IMG/VR virus record: IMGVR_UViG_3300023055_000202
Coordinates: 1-36,980 of that record
DNA length: 36,980 nucleotides
Direction: 5' to 3' (one strand)
Source: a virus
Taxonomy: Duplodnaviria > Caudoviricetes
Below the pieces are notes generated by a model, which did not search any database, was not told the DNA's origin, and saw only the letters and a program-made list of their open reading frames with translations. The position numbers and the translations under genes are program-made. This document shows positions 18,432 through 28,240 of this stretch, piece after piece; the first letter of the stretch is position 1, and every line of letters starts with the position of its first letter.

Positions 18432-18790
18432 TACTGATCACCCTTTCCAGTTTTAATAAAATCAATCACTTTATTGTAATAGCGATGCTCCAATGTACCT
18501 TTTTGATTCATTCTTTCCTCAGCTTGAGCCATTTCATCAATTGCTACAAAAAGTTTTTGGATTTCGGGACAATCTTTAATAAATGTTTGAATATGTGGTA
18601 CCTTGATAGATTCAACCACAGTATATTTAGGTAATCCAAGCAAATTTGGTCCTACATATATTTTTTGTGAAACCGTTTCTTGATGAACAGCAATCTTTTC
18701 TTCAGGTGCAGTTGGTACAACTGATTCTATTGCGCCAGCGACCTGCTCAACTGTTGCTTTTGCCTCTTTTTTAATTTGTTCATTCGCCAC
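18431..18790 (-). CDS. Hypothetical protein preceding the sheath
   Basis: IYVGPN...L motif; RBS GGAGGG. Confidence 0.65.
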   Translation of the reverse strand: MANEQIKKEAKATVEQVAGAIESVVPTAPEEKIAVHQETVSQKIYVGPNLLGLPKYTVVESIKVPHIQTFIKDCPEIQKLFVAIDEMAQAEERMNQKGTLEHRYYNKVIDFIKTGKGDQ

Positions 18791-18791
18791 G

Positions 18792-19289
18792 TTAATACCC
18801 TCCTATATATTGCATCGACTGGCTTTCAAAGCTTAGACGCATTACCCCATAGTAAAATGGATGCGTTTCACCGTCATCATCGTTCAAGGCACAATCGATT
18901 TGATATTTCATCTTGAAAAACTTTGCTATGATTGGATTTTCATTCAGGTCATTCCAAATATGTTGTATACAAGAAAGTACATCATCATAACCTTGTCCTT
19001 CGTATCCTTCATTTTTAACACCAATATATATATTTACCGCTGTATCTTGGTTAGAAATATTTTCTTCTTTGCTAAAAGTATCAATTTTGACCACGCAAAA
19101 AGGAAACACATCATCTTGCGTTTCCTTTGTTCCCTTAACCTTGACACGATTATTTGATCTTTCAGGCACCTTATGCCGAAAAATATTAAATTTTGTGGGT
19201 ACAGTACCAGCTACTTGCAACGGGAAATCTTGTAAAGTTTTTCCCAAACGATCAATTAATCCATCTAATAAATCTAATGCGGTTGACAA
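18792..19289 (-). CDS. Probable tail terminator/completion protein
   Basis: FPFCVV and HPFYYG motifs; position before the sheath. Confidence 0.6.
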   Translation of the reverse strand: MSTALDLLDGLIDRLGKTLQDFPLQVAGTVPTKFNIFRHKVPERSNNRVKVKGTKETQDDVFPFCVVKIDTFSKEENISNQDTAVNIYIGVKNEGYEGQGYDDVLSCIQHIWNDLNENPIIAKFFKMKYQIDCALNDDDGETHPFYYGVMRLSFESQSMQYIGGY

Positions 19290-19856
19290 CTAATTAGCCC
19301 CCATTCTACTTAACAAGCGATTAATTTCATGAGTTGTACGAGTTTCATAGGTGCTATATGCATCTTGGTTAATCTTATTGACTATTTTTTCGTTACCAAT
19401 CATTTGGGGCACAGATGGACCCATTAAACGGCTAATTGGTAATCGGGCCTTGCCATCACGTTGGAAAACCTTTGTTCCGTTAATATTAGCAATGAATGCA
19501 CCTAGTATTTGCTTGGTTCCATTTTTTTTAACAGCAATTTTAAGTTGGCTTTTACGTTTAGGATTGGCTGTCTTAGGCGACACTTTGAACTTATCTAAAC
19601 CTATTAATTTACCACTCGATTTCACTTCAGCTTGTAATTTAGAAGCACTAGCTTTAAAATCCTTAAGAGTTGCTTTTATATCCGCTGATTTAGCATGATA
19701 ATCCTTTCTAACTTCTTTCGGAACATTGGCCTTTATGTTAGATACAGATCGATTTAAAGCATTGGCAATAACATTTGGTGCCTTATGTTGTAATTCACCT
19801 AGCCGTTGCCGAATCCTTTGTAATTCAGCATCATCTATTGTGATTCGCATACTCAT
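19290..19856 (-). CDS. Minor tail protein Z-like
   Basis: ALNR, AFIA...VFQR.GK.RLPI..L.GPSVPQM motifs. Confidence 0.8.
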   Translation of the reverse strand: MSMRITIDDAELQRIRQRLGELQHKAPNVIANALNRSVSNIKANVPKEVRKDYHAKSADIKATLKDFKASASKLQAEVKSSGKLIGLDKFKVSPKTANPKRKSQLKIAVKKNGTKQILGAFIANINGTKVFQRDGKARLPISRLMGPSVPQMIGNEKIVNKINQDAYSTYETRTTHEINRLLSRMGAN

Positions 19857-20161
19857 GAGTTATTCCTCGACAATGCAATTTTTAACATACCCATATTATC
19901 ACTTACGTTTACAACCATGTATTCATGGCCATTAAAATCCATCATACTTTCAGCTTGTGGAATTTCGTCAAAATATAAGCTTGCTACATAGAATACTACA
20001 TCATAAACAGCAACTTGATATTTCTTGTCAGCTGGAGAAATCATATCAGTGTCTAGCACTACATTCATTTCTATACCTTCAATTATCGCCTTTTCAGCAA
20101 ATTCATCTTCATCAAGAAATACTTCGTTAATATCTTCTAAGAGGCTCGCCTTGAAATCCAT
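19853..20161 (-). CDS. Head-tail joining protein
   Basis: DI.EVFL..DEFAE motif; gene position. Confidence 0.65.
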   Translation of the reverse strand: MDFKASLLEDINEVFLDEDEFAEKAIIEGIEMNVVLDTDMISPADKKYQVAVYDVVFYVASLYFDEIPQAESMMDFNGHEYMVVNVSDNMGMLKIALSRNNS

Positions 20162-20173
20162 GTAATCACCACC

Positions 20174-20560
20174 TTATTCAGGAATCTGATCTAAGAAATG
20201 ATTCTCTAACTCATTTTGGATGATTAATTCAATTAATTTTTTCTTACCAATATTTCCAGCAAACTCTAACCCTAATTCTTTAGCATCATCTTTTAAAACA
20301 TCAGGTTTAAAATGTTTGTCCAATAAGTCTGCAACTTCTTGGTCTGTTAACTCATCATCAGATTCAATGTTTTCAGATTCTATTTGATCATTCATGGATG
20401 GAAAATGTGTATGCGATGATTCAGAAACACCTTCAGCAACTGCAGCACGCAAATTAATTAATCTTTGAGCAAGTTTTGTATCTTCAACATGTAACAAATC
20501 ATTTTTTTCATAACGTACACCATCGTGTTTAATTCGTTGTAGGGCTCGTAATTTCATCAA
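20174..20560 (-). CDS. Hypothetical capsid-associated protein (FI-like position)
   Basis: IKHDG..Y N-terminal domain plus a C-terminal LK..AKELGL domain. Confidence 0.55.
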   Translation of the reverse strand: MMKLRALQRIKHDGVRYEKNDLLHVEDTKLAQRLINLRAAVAEGVSESSHTHFPSMNDQIESENIESDDELTDQEVADLLDKHFKPDVLKDDAKELGLEFAGNIGKKKLIELIIQNELENHFLDQIPE

Positions 20561-20569
20561 AAATCCCTC

Positions 20570-21613
20570 CTATACAACTGTGGCTACAAGCCAACTGTTT
20601 ACATCTGCAGGCTTTGGTACAGGGCGAGCCGAAATACGAACCATGAACGTTTCATTTTCACGATCAGACCATGTTTTTGGAACCAAACGGCCTTCATATG
20701 TTGCAAACTTGTCTCCCTCTTCCATTTGTGTAATTGCACCATATGCGAATCCGCCTGAAGCTTTTTTACCCATAAGCACCTTATCTATTGGGACATATGG
20801 TTGCAATTCTTCGTTTTCGTCCTCGTAGTAATCGTCATATGAATAAATTTCAAGACCTAAGCCTGGTAATTTCCCAATAAACGTTACTGCATCTGTTTGA
20901 ATGGATGGTTGAATAAGCCCTAAATTGATGTTTAATTTATCAAAAAGTTCCTTAATTTTTGGATTATTGATAAATGCTTCAGCTGCTTTTTCACCTAAGA
21001 TGACAATATCAGGTGAGATCCCTGAATTTTTGATAATTGCTTTTCTCCAAGAAGAAAGATCGTCATAAGGATTAGCTTCAGCATGTGTCCATAAATCTGT
21101 ACCTGATAATATTTCTATTTGGTCAAACTCATAATCAATGTGTTGCTCCACTTTTTCAGTTAATTTATCATTAGCATAACCACTTAGATCAACGGATCCC
21201 TTAAATAAAACTTGTCCAGACATCCATTCTTCGCGTCTATCAATAGATTCACCAAGTTCTTGTAAATCGGTAGCCAATAACTCTTTTTGTCGTTGTGCTG
21301 GCGTTTTTGTACTAAATACATTTTCACCAATTGAACGATTACTAATATCATCAATCGTCATAGCACGTTGTGGAGCAAGACGTGGAGCTTTGATTTTTTC
21401 GGTTTTAAATCCATCACGTTTAATAGTGATTCCGCCAACTCTTGGTGCTACAAATGGAGCCATCCTGCGTTTTCCCTTTTTGTAATCAATTAATACTTCC
21501 TCAGTTACAAATGTCTCTGTTTTAGGAAAGAATGTATCACGCAAGAATGTATGCACCTTTGGCATGTTAATAATAGCTTGTAATAATGTTTGAGTTTTAT
21601 ATAAATAATTCAT
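20570..21613 (-). CDS. Major capsid protein (lambda gpE family)
   Basis: FLRDTFFP, MAPFVAP and I.RREEWM motifs. Confidence 0.92.
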   Translation of the reverse strand: MNYLYKTQTLLQAIINMPKVHTFLRDTFFPKTETFVTEEVLIDYKKGKRRMAPFVAPRVGGITIKRDGFKTEKIKAPRLAPQRAMTIDDISNRSIGENVFSTKTPAQRQKELLATDLQELGESIDRREEWMSGQVLFKGSVDLSGYANDKLTEKVEQHIDYEFDQIEILSGTDLWTHAEANPYDDLSSWRKAIIKNSGISPDIVILGEKAAEAFINNPKIKELFDKLNINLGLIQPSIQTDAVTFIGKLPGLGLEIYSYDDYYEDENEELQPYVPIDKVLMGKKASGGFAYGAITQMEEGDKFATYEGRLVPKTWSDRENETFMVRISARPVPKPADVNSWLVATVV

Positions 21614-21632
21614 CTCGAATAACCTCCGTTTC

Positions 21633-22001
21633 TTAAAGGACTGCCTTTAAGTAAATGCCTTTCGTACGTAATAATTCTTCGTGTTTTTCAGATGTATCTG
21701 TTCCCCCAAAAATTAAAGCTTTTCGGTTAAATGGTCCTGAAATATAGACTGTTGTTACAACATCTTCTGTACCTTCAACACCTGTGTCTATATCATCTGT
21801 TAAAATAGCATCAGCTGTAATGTTTTGAGCCGAATCAGTAATTACAAATAGCCCTGTTGGATTTTTACCAACTACGGTGCCACGTAATAAATTCCCTTGT
21901 CCTCCTGCTAATTTTACGCTTCCTACTTGCACAGGGAATGACACATCAGCAATTAAATTATCTGGCACATACTCGCCAACTTTTGAACGTAAGTTACCCA
22001 T
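21633..22001 (-). CDS. Head decoration protein (lambda gpD-like)
   Basis: L.RGTVVG, AIL.DD and Y.SG.FN..AL motifs; start at MGNLR behind AAAGGAGG. Confidence 0.8.
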   Translation of the reverse strand: MGNLRSKVGEYVPDNLIADVSFPVQVGSVKLAGGQGNLLRGTVVGKNPTGLFVITDSAQNITADAILTDDIDTGVEGTEDVVTTVYISGPFNRKALIFGGTDTSEKHEELLRTKGIYLKAVL

Positions 22002-22002
22002 C

Positions 22003-23064
22003 TTATTGACCTCCTTTCCAAATACCAACAAAGCTTGCCACAACATCAGCATCTTTTTCTTGGCCTGCTACAGTTTGATTACCTGGTACTTCATTCAAAG
22101 GCTCAGCATCTTTTTGTACATTTTGTAAGAAGTTTGCACCTTTAGCCTTTTCAGCTTTTACAATAGCAACTGCCAACTCTGCAGCTGTTGAATTGTTTTT
22201 AAATTTAGCAGCCTGAACAAGATTTTCATTTCCTGGTGTTGCTAATTCTTCAATTTCCTTAATTCTAGTATTCTCAGCTTGTTGACCTTCTTCAAAGCCG
22301 ATATTTTTCACTTTTTCATATAAGTGTGGATGTTCATTCTTTAATTTATCTAAATCCATTGGATTGTCCTCCTTGTTATTTTCAAGCTTGTTTGGTGTTG
22401 GTGGTGTAACGCTATTCATTGTATTTAACGATTTATCTTTTAACAGTTGATTCCTAACTTTATCCAGAACTTCTTGAGGTAATTCACCATTCACCAAATC
22501 AGAATGATTAGTATTAGCAGCTGCACTTTTTTCCTGTTCAAACATAATCTTATCGATAAAACCATGTTCAAGAGCTTGTTGAGCTGTCATCCATGTTTCG
22601 TTATCCATCATGGTTTTTAAATAGGTTTCGTCTTTGCCAGTCTTGGCTGTGTATGCATTCATAATTGATTTGTTGACGTTTTGTAAAAAGTCACTTGTCT
22701 GATCCATTACTTGATAGTCGCCAGCTGCTGATGTTGATGCATTATGAATCATCAATTGTGCTGTTGGTGACATCTCAACGACTGTTCCAGCCATTGCAAT
22801 AACAGATGCTGCACTTGCTGCTATACCCACAATTTCAACTTTGACATTACCTGAAAAAGACTTTAAAGCTGTATAAATTTCTGAAGCACTAAAAACAGAT
22901 CCTCCACCACTATTAATCAACACTGTAATGTCAGTCGTTTGATTTAACATAGCTTTATTAATGGCGTTAGACACCTTAGTGGGGCTAGTTGCTGGAATAC
23001 CAAACCAATCATAAATCCATTGATCACCATCGTTAATGATTGGTCCTTTAACACTGATTTTCAT
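22003..23064 (-). CDS. ClpP-type head maturation protease with scaffold C-terminus
   Basis: INSGGGSV, AASAASVIAMAG, MIHN and ETWM.A..A...GF.D motifs. Confidence 0.92.
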   Translation of the reverse strand: MKISVKGPIINDGDQWIYDWFGIPATSPTKVSNAINKAMLNQTTDITVLINSGGGSVFSASEIYTALKSFSGNVKVEIVGIAASAASVIAMAGTVVEMSPTAQLMIHNASTSAAGDYQVMDQTSDFLQNVNKSIMNAYTAKTGKDETYLKTMMDNETWMTAQQALEHGFIDKIMFEQEKSAAANTNHSDLVNGELPQEVLDKVRNQLLKDKSLNTMNSVTPPTPNKLENNKEDNPMDLDKLKNEHPHLYEKVKNIGFEEGQQAENTRIKEIEELATPGNENLVQAAKFKNNSTAAELAVAIVKAEKAKGANFLQNVQKDAEPLNEVPGNQTVAGQEKDADVVASFVGIWKGGQ

Positions 23065-23081
23065 TCTATTCCACCTCCTTT

Positions 23082-24656
23082 CTAATCTGTAGATTCATCA
23101 TCGTTACTTTTTGTATTATCACTATTGATATTAATGTTTACAGGTGCTGCAAACCCTGCTGCTCGTCTTGCTTCTTCTTCCATCACACGTAAGGTATGAT
23201 TTGCGAAGAAATCACCACCTGTTAATTCAGTTGTTTCTCGTGTACGTGTACTGAAGCCTGCTTCCACTCGTAAAATTGCAGCCTCTACTTCTTTTTTAGG
23301 ATCTAATTGCCCTTGTGTAGGTCCATTCCATTCAGCACCACAATAGGCTTTACGAATTAATGGATCATCAAAAAATCCTGGCGCATATATACGACCTCTT
23401 GCAACTGCTTCAGTTAAAAATGCTTCATACACTGGCTGACAAAAATCATTGGCCAACCAATCACGCCTACGTTTGTACATTTTCCAAGCTTCTAATAAGG
23501 CTCCTCGTGATGCTGAATAAGAAGATGTGAAATGTTTCATTAATACCTCATATGGAATTTCAAGAGCTGCGCCTATTTGACGACAGACAGATGTGACAAA
23601 TCCATCAAAGGCAGCATTAGGGCGACCAGGATTAGAATCTTGAATAGATTCTCCTTCGTTCAGATAGTTCACTAAACCATTGCCAATTTCCACTGCACCT
23701 TCATCTTCTGGATCTAATAATTCAGCAGGATTAATACCATCAAAATCACTACTATTTTCAGGTGCTTTTGTTGTGACAAAAATGGTATACATACCCGAAA
23801 TAACAGCAGCCATAAGTTCAGCTTCGCTGTAACGTGCCAACTGTTTCAATGATTCAAATACTGGCGCTAAAATTGGTACACCACGTCTTTGTTCAGGTCT
23901 TTCCATTTCCATCAAGTGCAAAATATTAGGTCTGCCAGTTTTCTTGCCCGATTTTTCAATACGTTCCCATTTGTTCTGTCCAGACATTGAAGAAGATGGG
24001 TGATAGTGTGCAACATGGTATGCAACAACTTCGCCTTTAAAGTCAATCTCAACACCATTGACTATCTTTTGATCCAAAGAAAATAAATTTTGTGGATTGC
24101 AGATTCTATCAGCTTCAATGATTTGTAAACACAGTTCATACGGTGTATTTATTCTTTCAACCATGGGCAGGGTTACAAACACATCACCACTCATTAATTG
24201 CGACAAAAAAACGAGCTGCTGTAGCTCGTTGAAATTGTTCATTCGTGTAATATCACAATTTACACTTTCTGCCCAAAATGCAAATTCACGTTCAGTAATT
24301 GTTTCCCATGCGTCTGCTTCTTCAGGTGTCATATTCAAATATTCATAATCAATACGCGAATTTAATTTAAGACCTTGTCCTACTACGTTTGTTACAGTAC
24401 TTCGTAATGCACCTGTCGCAATCGGAGCACCCATGAACAAATCTCTCGATCTTTTTCGTAAGACATCTACATTTTGTTCAATATCCTCTAATGCAGAACC
24501 TGAAGCAATTGACCAACCTTTTAAACTTTTCTTTTCAACACTTGCCCCATGATTACCATAACCTTGGTTTAAGATGTTAAGATGTATCCTTGCTTGTGTA
24601 CGTTTTAAGGCACGTGCAGGGCTGATTAGGCTTATAGCTTTGTCCAGCATATTCAT
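23082..24656 (-). CDS. Portal protein (lambda family)
   Basis: LR.RSRDL, Q.RGVP.LAP, SYSASR.ALLE and DP.KE motifs. Confidence 0.93.
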   Translation of the reverse strand: MNMLDKAISLISPARALKRTQARIHLNILNQGYGNHGASVEKKSLKGWSIASGSALEDIEQNVDVLRKRSRDLFMGAPIATGALRSTVTNVVGQGLKLNSRIDYEYLNMTPEEADAWETITEREFAFWAESVNCDITRMNNFNELQQLVFLSQLMSGDVFVTLPMVERINTPYELCLQIIEADRICNPQNLFSLDQKIVNGVEIDFKGEVVAYHVAHYHPSSSMSGQNKWERIEKSGKKTGRPNILHLMEMERPEQRRGVPILAPVFESLKQLARYSEAELMAAVISGMYTIFVTTKAPENSSDFDGINPAELLDPEDEGAVEIGNGLVNYLNEGESIQDSNPGRPNAAFDGFVTSVCRQIGAALEIPYEVLMKHFTSSYSASRGALLEAWKMYKRRRDWLANDFCQPVYEAFLTEAVARGRIYAPGFFDDPLIRKAYCGAEWNGPTQGQLDPKKEVEAAILRVEAGFSTRTRETTELTGGDFFANHTLRVMEEEARRAAGFAAPVNININSDNTKSNDDESTD

Positions 24657-24674
24657 TAATTAGGTGCCTCCCTT

Positions 24675-24908
24675 CTATAAATCACGTGGTACAAAACGTT
24701 TTGCACGTCTAACTGTTTTACCTGATTCTTCAATTTTGCATACAGCTACTTTACTGCTCCAGTAGTCAATTTGTTTTCTGATCTCAGATAGATTTGCATA
24801 GGTCAATGTTCGAGAACCTAGTGAGTAACTTTGACCTTTTTTAGATACTTTTAATTCAGCATCCAACCAAGAGTCTAAATGTTGCTGTGCTTTTTCTAAC
24901 GTAATCAT
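24675..24908 (-). CDS. Head completion protein (gpW/DUF6148-like)
   Basis: GQSYSLGSRTLTYANL.EIR..I.YW motif; lies between terminase and portal. Confidence 0.8.
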   Translation of the reverse strand: MITLEKAQQHLDSWLDAELKVSKKGQSYSLGSRTLTYANLSEIRKQIDYWSSKVAVCKIEESGKTVRRAKRFVPRDL

Positions 24909-26686
24909 TTCACTACACCCCTTCTTCTTCTGCGCCTTCTGGCAGGTCTTGTAACCGTTGCAATCGAATACTCTCTTTCAAAGTTAGGGTTTATGATTTC
25001 AATTGCTGCAGTATTATAAACACGTAAATCGAATCCTTCATTTCTTGCACGAATTTTTACCCAAACTTGATATGGTGTACCACTTTCATAACGTGTTTGA
25101 AGTTTCTCAGCTGTTAAACTCTTGAAATATTCTCTTTCATACCCTCTACCAATCGGGAAATGACAGTAGTTAGGACCAAACTCTTCAATACCTAAACTAG
25201 ACATGACTCTCGATTTACCATCATTTACACCAAGGGTTACTAATAAAGCTTTCAAAGGTTTCGGTCTTGATGTTGAAGCAATCAATGGCACATATTCACC
25301 TTTTTTGGCACTAGCCCCCTTAATAGCATAAATGGCACGTGCTTCACGTGCTTTACAGAATCGATATACTTCTTGGGTGAAGTGACCACCACTATCCATA
25401 CATGTACAAGTGATACCAAATCTTGTTCCATTTTCTTTGGTCCATGTCTTTTGAAGCCATAAATCTAATTCGTTCCATATTTTTGGTTCTTTCAAATCCC
25501 CATGAATCACATGATATTCTATCCCCCATGATTCACGATCTATGCCCCATCCTACAACTTCGATTTCAAATCGATCATCCTGCACATCGACAGCTGCAGT
25601 TAAAACTTTTACGCCATCTGGAACATCTGCTTCGTATTCTTCACGCCTGTTATAAATGATTTCATCATCAATCTTTTGCCCTTCTTCTTCCCATGTTTCA
25701 CCAAGTGAAGTATTGGTCCAAACTTTAAGTGCTTCAGTGCCTTTTCTTTTGGCTCTTTTAAAAGCTGTGATGATTTCACGCCATCTACGCCAAGGAGAAA
25801 GTAATTCATTTAAGTGAAAACCTCTGATAGTTGATTCTGCAGTTGCTACCCATTCGCCTTGTTGGTTTTTCCATTCAAACTCATTACTTAGATGGCCACA
25901 GTATAAACATCTATGTGACTCCGTTTCAAAATCGATTTGTTCCCATCTCAATGGCTGTAATTCTTCACATCTCGGACAGGGCAAATTGTAATATTCTTTT
26001 GTACTCAGTTCAAATTCCGTTTCGATTCGTGAAGCCCCTTTAATCGTTGGCGTTGAAACTTTAATTTTTTTTCGATTATAGAAGTTATTCGTTCGCTTTT
26101 CTGCTAAATCTAATGGATCTCCTTCATCTCCAGCACTAACAGGATAACGATCAATTTCATCTGCTAATAATATGCGAATTGGTCTTGCTGCTAACGATGA
26201 AGGTACATTTGCGCCACCCATGGCGATAAATCCACCAGGAAACGATTTAAACATGATGGTATTTGAAGAATCTCTGGATTTTGTTTCTCCAATCCTCTCA
26301 AATAGTGTTGGTGTATCGCGAATCATTGGTGCAATACGTTCTTTTGAAAATTCCTTGGACTTTTCACCACTTGGTTGGATGAAAAGGATAGGTGAAGGGT
26401 CAAAATCTATAAAATAACCAAGTGCATTTAGTAGTATTTCAGATTTACCTACTTGTGCTGATGACATAATCACAATATCTTCTGTGTATGGATCATTAAT
26501 TGCGTCCATAATAGCCCTTTGATAGGGAGCTCTTGACGTTCTCCATTGGCCTGCCTCTGCAGAAGATTCACGTGATAACTTACGATGTGCATCAGCCCAT
26601 TCCGAAACAGTGAGATTAGGTGGTGGAGCTAATGCTTGCTTTGCTAATTGCTGAAATAACTTTTTTGAATCAGCTATCGTTTGCAT
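24905..26686 (-). CDS. Terminase large subunit (lambda gpA family)
   Basis: SAQVGKSE Walker A, DEIDRY, STPT, CP.C zinc motif, VDVQDDR and DSGG. Confidence 0.95.
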   Translation of the reverse strand: MQTIADSKKLFQQLAKQALAPPPNLTVSEWADAHRKLSRESSAEAGQWRTSRAPYQRAIMDAINDPYTEDIVIMSSAQVGKSEILLNALGYFIDFDPSPILFIQPSGEKSKEFSKERIAPMIRDTPTLFERIGETKSRDSSNTIMFKSFPGGFIAMGGANVPSSLAARPIRILLADEIDRYPVSAGDEGDPLDLAEKRTNNFYNRKKIKVSTPTIKGASRIETEFELSTKEYYNLPCPRCEELQPLRWEQIDFETESHRCLYCGHLSNEFEWKNQQGEWVATAESTIRGFHLNELLSPWRRWREIITAFKRAKRKGTEALKVWTNTSLGETWEEEGQKIDDEIIYNRREEYEADVPDGVKVLTAAVDVQDDRFEIEVVGWGIDRESWGIEYHVIHGDLKEPKIWNELDLWLQKTWTKENGTRFGITCTCMDSGGHFTQEVYRFCKAREARAIYAIKGASAKKGEYVPLIASTSRPKPLKALLVTLGVNDGKSRVMSSLGIEEFGPNYCHFPIGRGYEREYFKSLTAEKLQTRYESGTPYQVWVKIRARNEGFDLRVYNTAAIEIINPNFEREYSIATVTRPARRRRRRRGVVK

Positions 26687-27224
26687 TACTATCACCAGGA
26701 CTTTCAACGTAAATCTTATCATCACTCTTTTCGTAGAATACATCAGGATCATAATTGGATAATTCCTGCATTAATTCATAAATTTCTTCCTTCAACGTCT
26801 CTCTTACAACCATGATTTCAGTTACTCCGATAACTTTAGGTGCTGCCTTTGTTGGAAAGGCTAATAATTGTGAACGGAATCGCGCCAACATATCATTCAT
26901 GACTTCTTTTATATCTTCAGATCGATGCAATTCACCAGCCATTATTTTATATTCCATTTCTGACTTCATACGTCTTGCTCGTGTCCATAATGTATCTTCT
27001 TTTAATTTATTTAATTCATCTTCAGTCTCAGCCGTTGCCTTTGAAATTTGGAATTCAATGTATTTTTGAATAGACTTCGGCAAATCATATTTACCTCTAC
27101 CTATCTTCACTAATGCATTCTCTTTGTCCAACTGTCTGATTCGTGATGTTGAGATACCTAAAATTACAGATAATTGAGCTTGACTAACGGTTTCAACAGA
27201 TTCCTCTAAATCCTTTTGTGTCAA
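26670..27224 (-). CDS. Terminase small subunit (Nu1-like); the ORF track's 5' extension is probably not coding
   Basis: HTH LS.ILGIST.RIRQL...G.YDL..SI..YI; TTG start 8 nt after a GGGGG RBS gives 184 aa. Confidence 0.85.
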   Translation of the reverse strand: MTQKDLEESVETVSQAQLSVILGISTSRIRQLDKENALVKIGRGKYDLPKSIQKYIEFQISKATAETEDELNKLKEDTLWTRARRMKSEMEYKIMAGELHRSEDIKEVMNDMLARFRSQLLAFPTKAAPKVIGVTEIMVVRETLKEEIYELMQELSNYDPDVFYEKSDDKIYVESPGDSNANDS

Positions 27225-27289
27225 GGCTTCAACCCCCATTCCACATTTATTTCCCAACCTCAAAATGACCGCAACCGTTAACGACCTTT

Positions 27290-27360
27290 TCGATTTACTA
27301 ACTGAGCAATCCATGGGCTCGAATGCACCCGCATAAAAGGTAAAACTTTGGAAGAACCTA
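27290..27360 (-). other. Putative cos packaging site (cosQ/cosN-like)
   Basis: Minus strand AGGTTCTTCC...ATGCGGGTGCATTCGAGCCCATGG upstream of terS, resembling lambda GGGTCCTTTCC...TTACGGGGCGGCGACCTCGCGG in layout. Confidence 0.6.
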
Positions 27361-27499
27361 AGATAATTTTCGTAATTGTTCACACAATTAAAACAATTCA
27401 CTTTAAGCTTAGAGCCTCATGGTTTCGCGCCACTTTTTCATAGGTTGTCTGACTTGCTCCCTTCACTCTTAACGGGCAACTGCTTGACACTAACCCTCT

Positions 27500-27618
27500 G
27501 AACGCAACATATCTTTAATACTGTTGAATTTAAAAAACACGCTCAAATGCCTGTTACATAAACATTCTGCAAATTATTTTTATTTCAATTCACAATGCCA
27601 CTCCGTTATGTAGCATTC
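27500..27618. repeat. Paired, mutually inverted ~31 bp sites (putative recombinase target)
   Basis: Site A GAACGCAACATA..TGAATT (27500-27530, plus strand); site B GAATGCTACATA..TGAATT (27618-27587, minus strand). Confidence 0.55.
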
Positions 27619-27673
27619 GTTATTATTTGAAGCTATGTATTCAGTATTTAAAACCATAAAAAAAGCACACCTC

Positions 27674-28240
27674 TCAGTAAAGGTGTGTCATCTTATCATC
27701 TAAATCATCTTGTCCTGCTCCTATATAGAACAATGTTGTTGTTGGTTTATCGTGATTAAATAGCTTTTGTAATGCTCCAATGTCTTTATACTTTTGGTAA
27801 AAGGTATAGCCAAATGTTTTCCGTAAACTATGGGTACCAATCGGTTCGGTATATCCAATTGCCTTTGCAGCACCCTTTAGAATTTTGTATGCAGTAGTTC
27901 GATCAATAGGTTTAGCTTTCCCTGTTCGCGTCTTTATTCGAGATGGAAACAAATATTCAGTACGTCTTTTATCCTCACAATATTCGTTTAATATTTTTCT
28001 GAGAGCTGGCGTTATAATAATACGTTTATACTTACCAGTCTTTTGTTCTTCAATCATTAAGTGTGTGCCCTCCACATCTCTAACACGAAGATCTAATATG
28101 TCAGATATACGTAAACCGGTATGAAGACCTGTCATAAATAATGCATAGTCACGGGTACTTCTATTCTCAAAGTATCGAGTGAATTCCTCTAGCCATGCTT
28201 TATCACGTATTGGTTCAACAAACTTCATGGAATAAACCAC
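27674..28240 (-). CDS. Short tyrosine recombinase (catalytic domain only)
   Basis: GLRISD, QKTGK, HSLRK, FNH and TLFYIG give an intact R-K-H-R-H-Y set; 188 aa. Confidence 0.92.
   Translation of the reverse strand: MVYSMKFVEPIRDKAWLEEFTRYFENRSTRDYALFMTGLHTGLRISDILDLRVRDVEGTHLMIEEQKTGKYKRIIITPALRKILNEYCEDKRRTEYLFPSRIKTRTGKAKPIDRTTAYKILKGAAKAIGYTEPIGTHSLRKTFGYTFYQKYKDIGALQKLFNHDKPTTTLFYIGAGQDDLDDKMTHLY

Noticed and set aside
27225-27401. N-terminal extension of the terminase small subunit
   Set aside because: It has no RBS, overlaps the putative cos site, and a better start exists at 27224
27674-28240. The tyrosine recombinase as the prophage integrase
   Set aside because: It is too short, lacks an arm-binding domain and is far from either att end; the real integrase is probably beyond 36980
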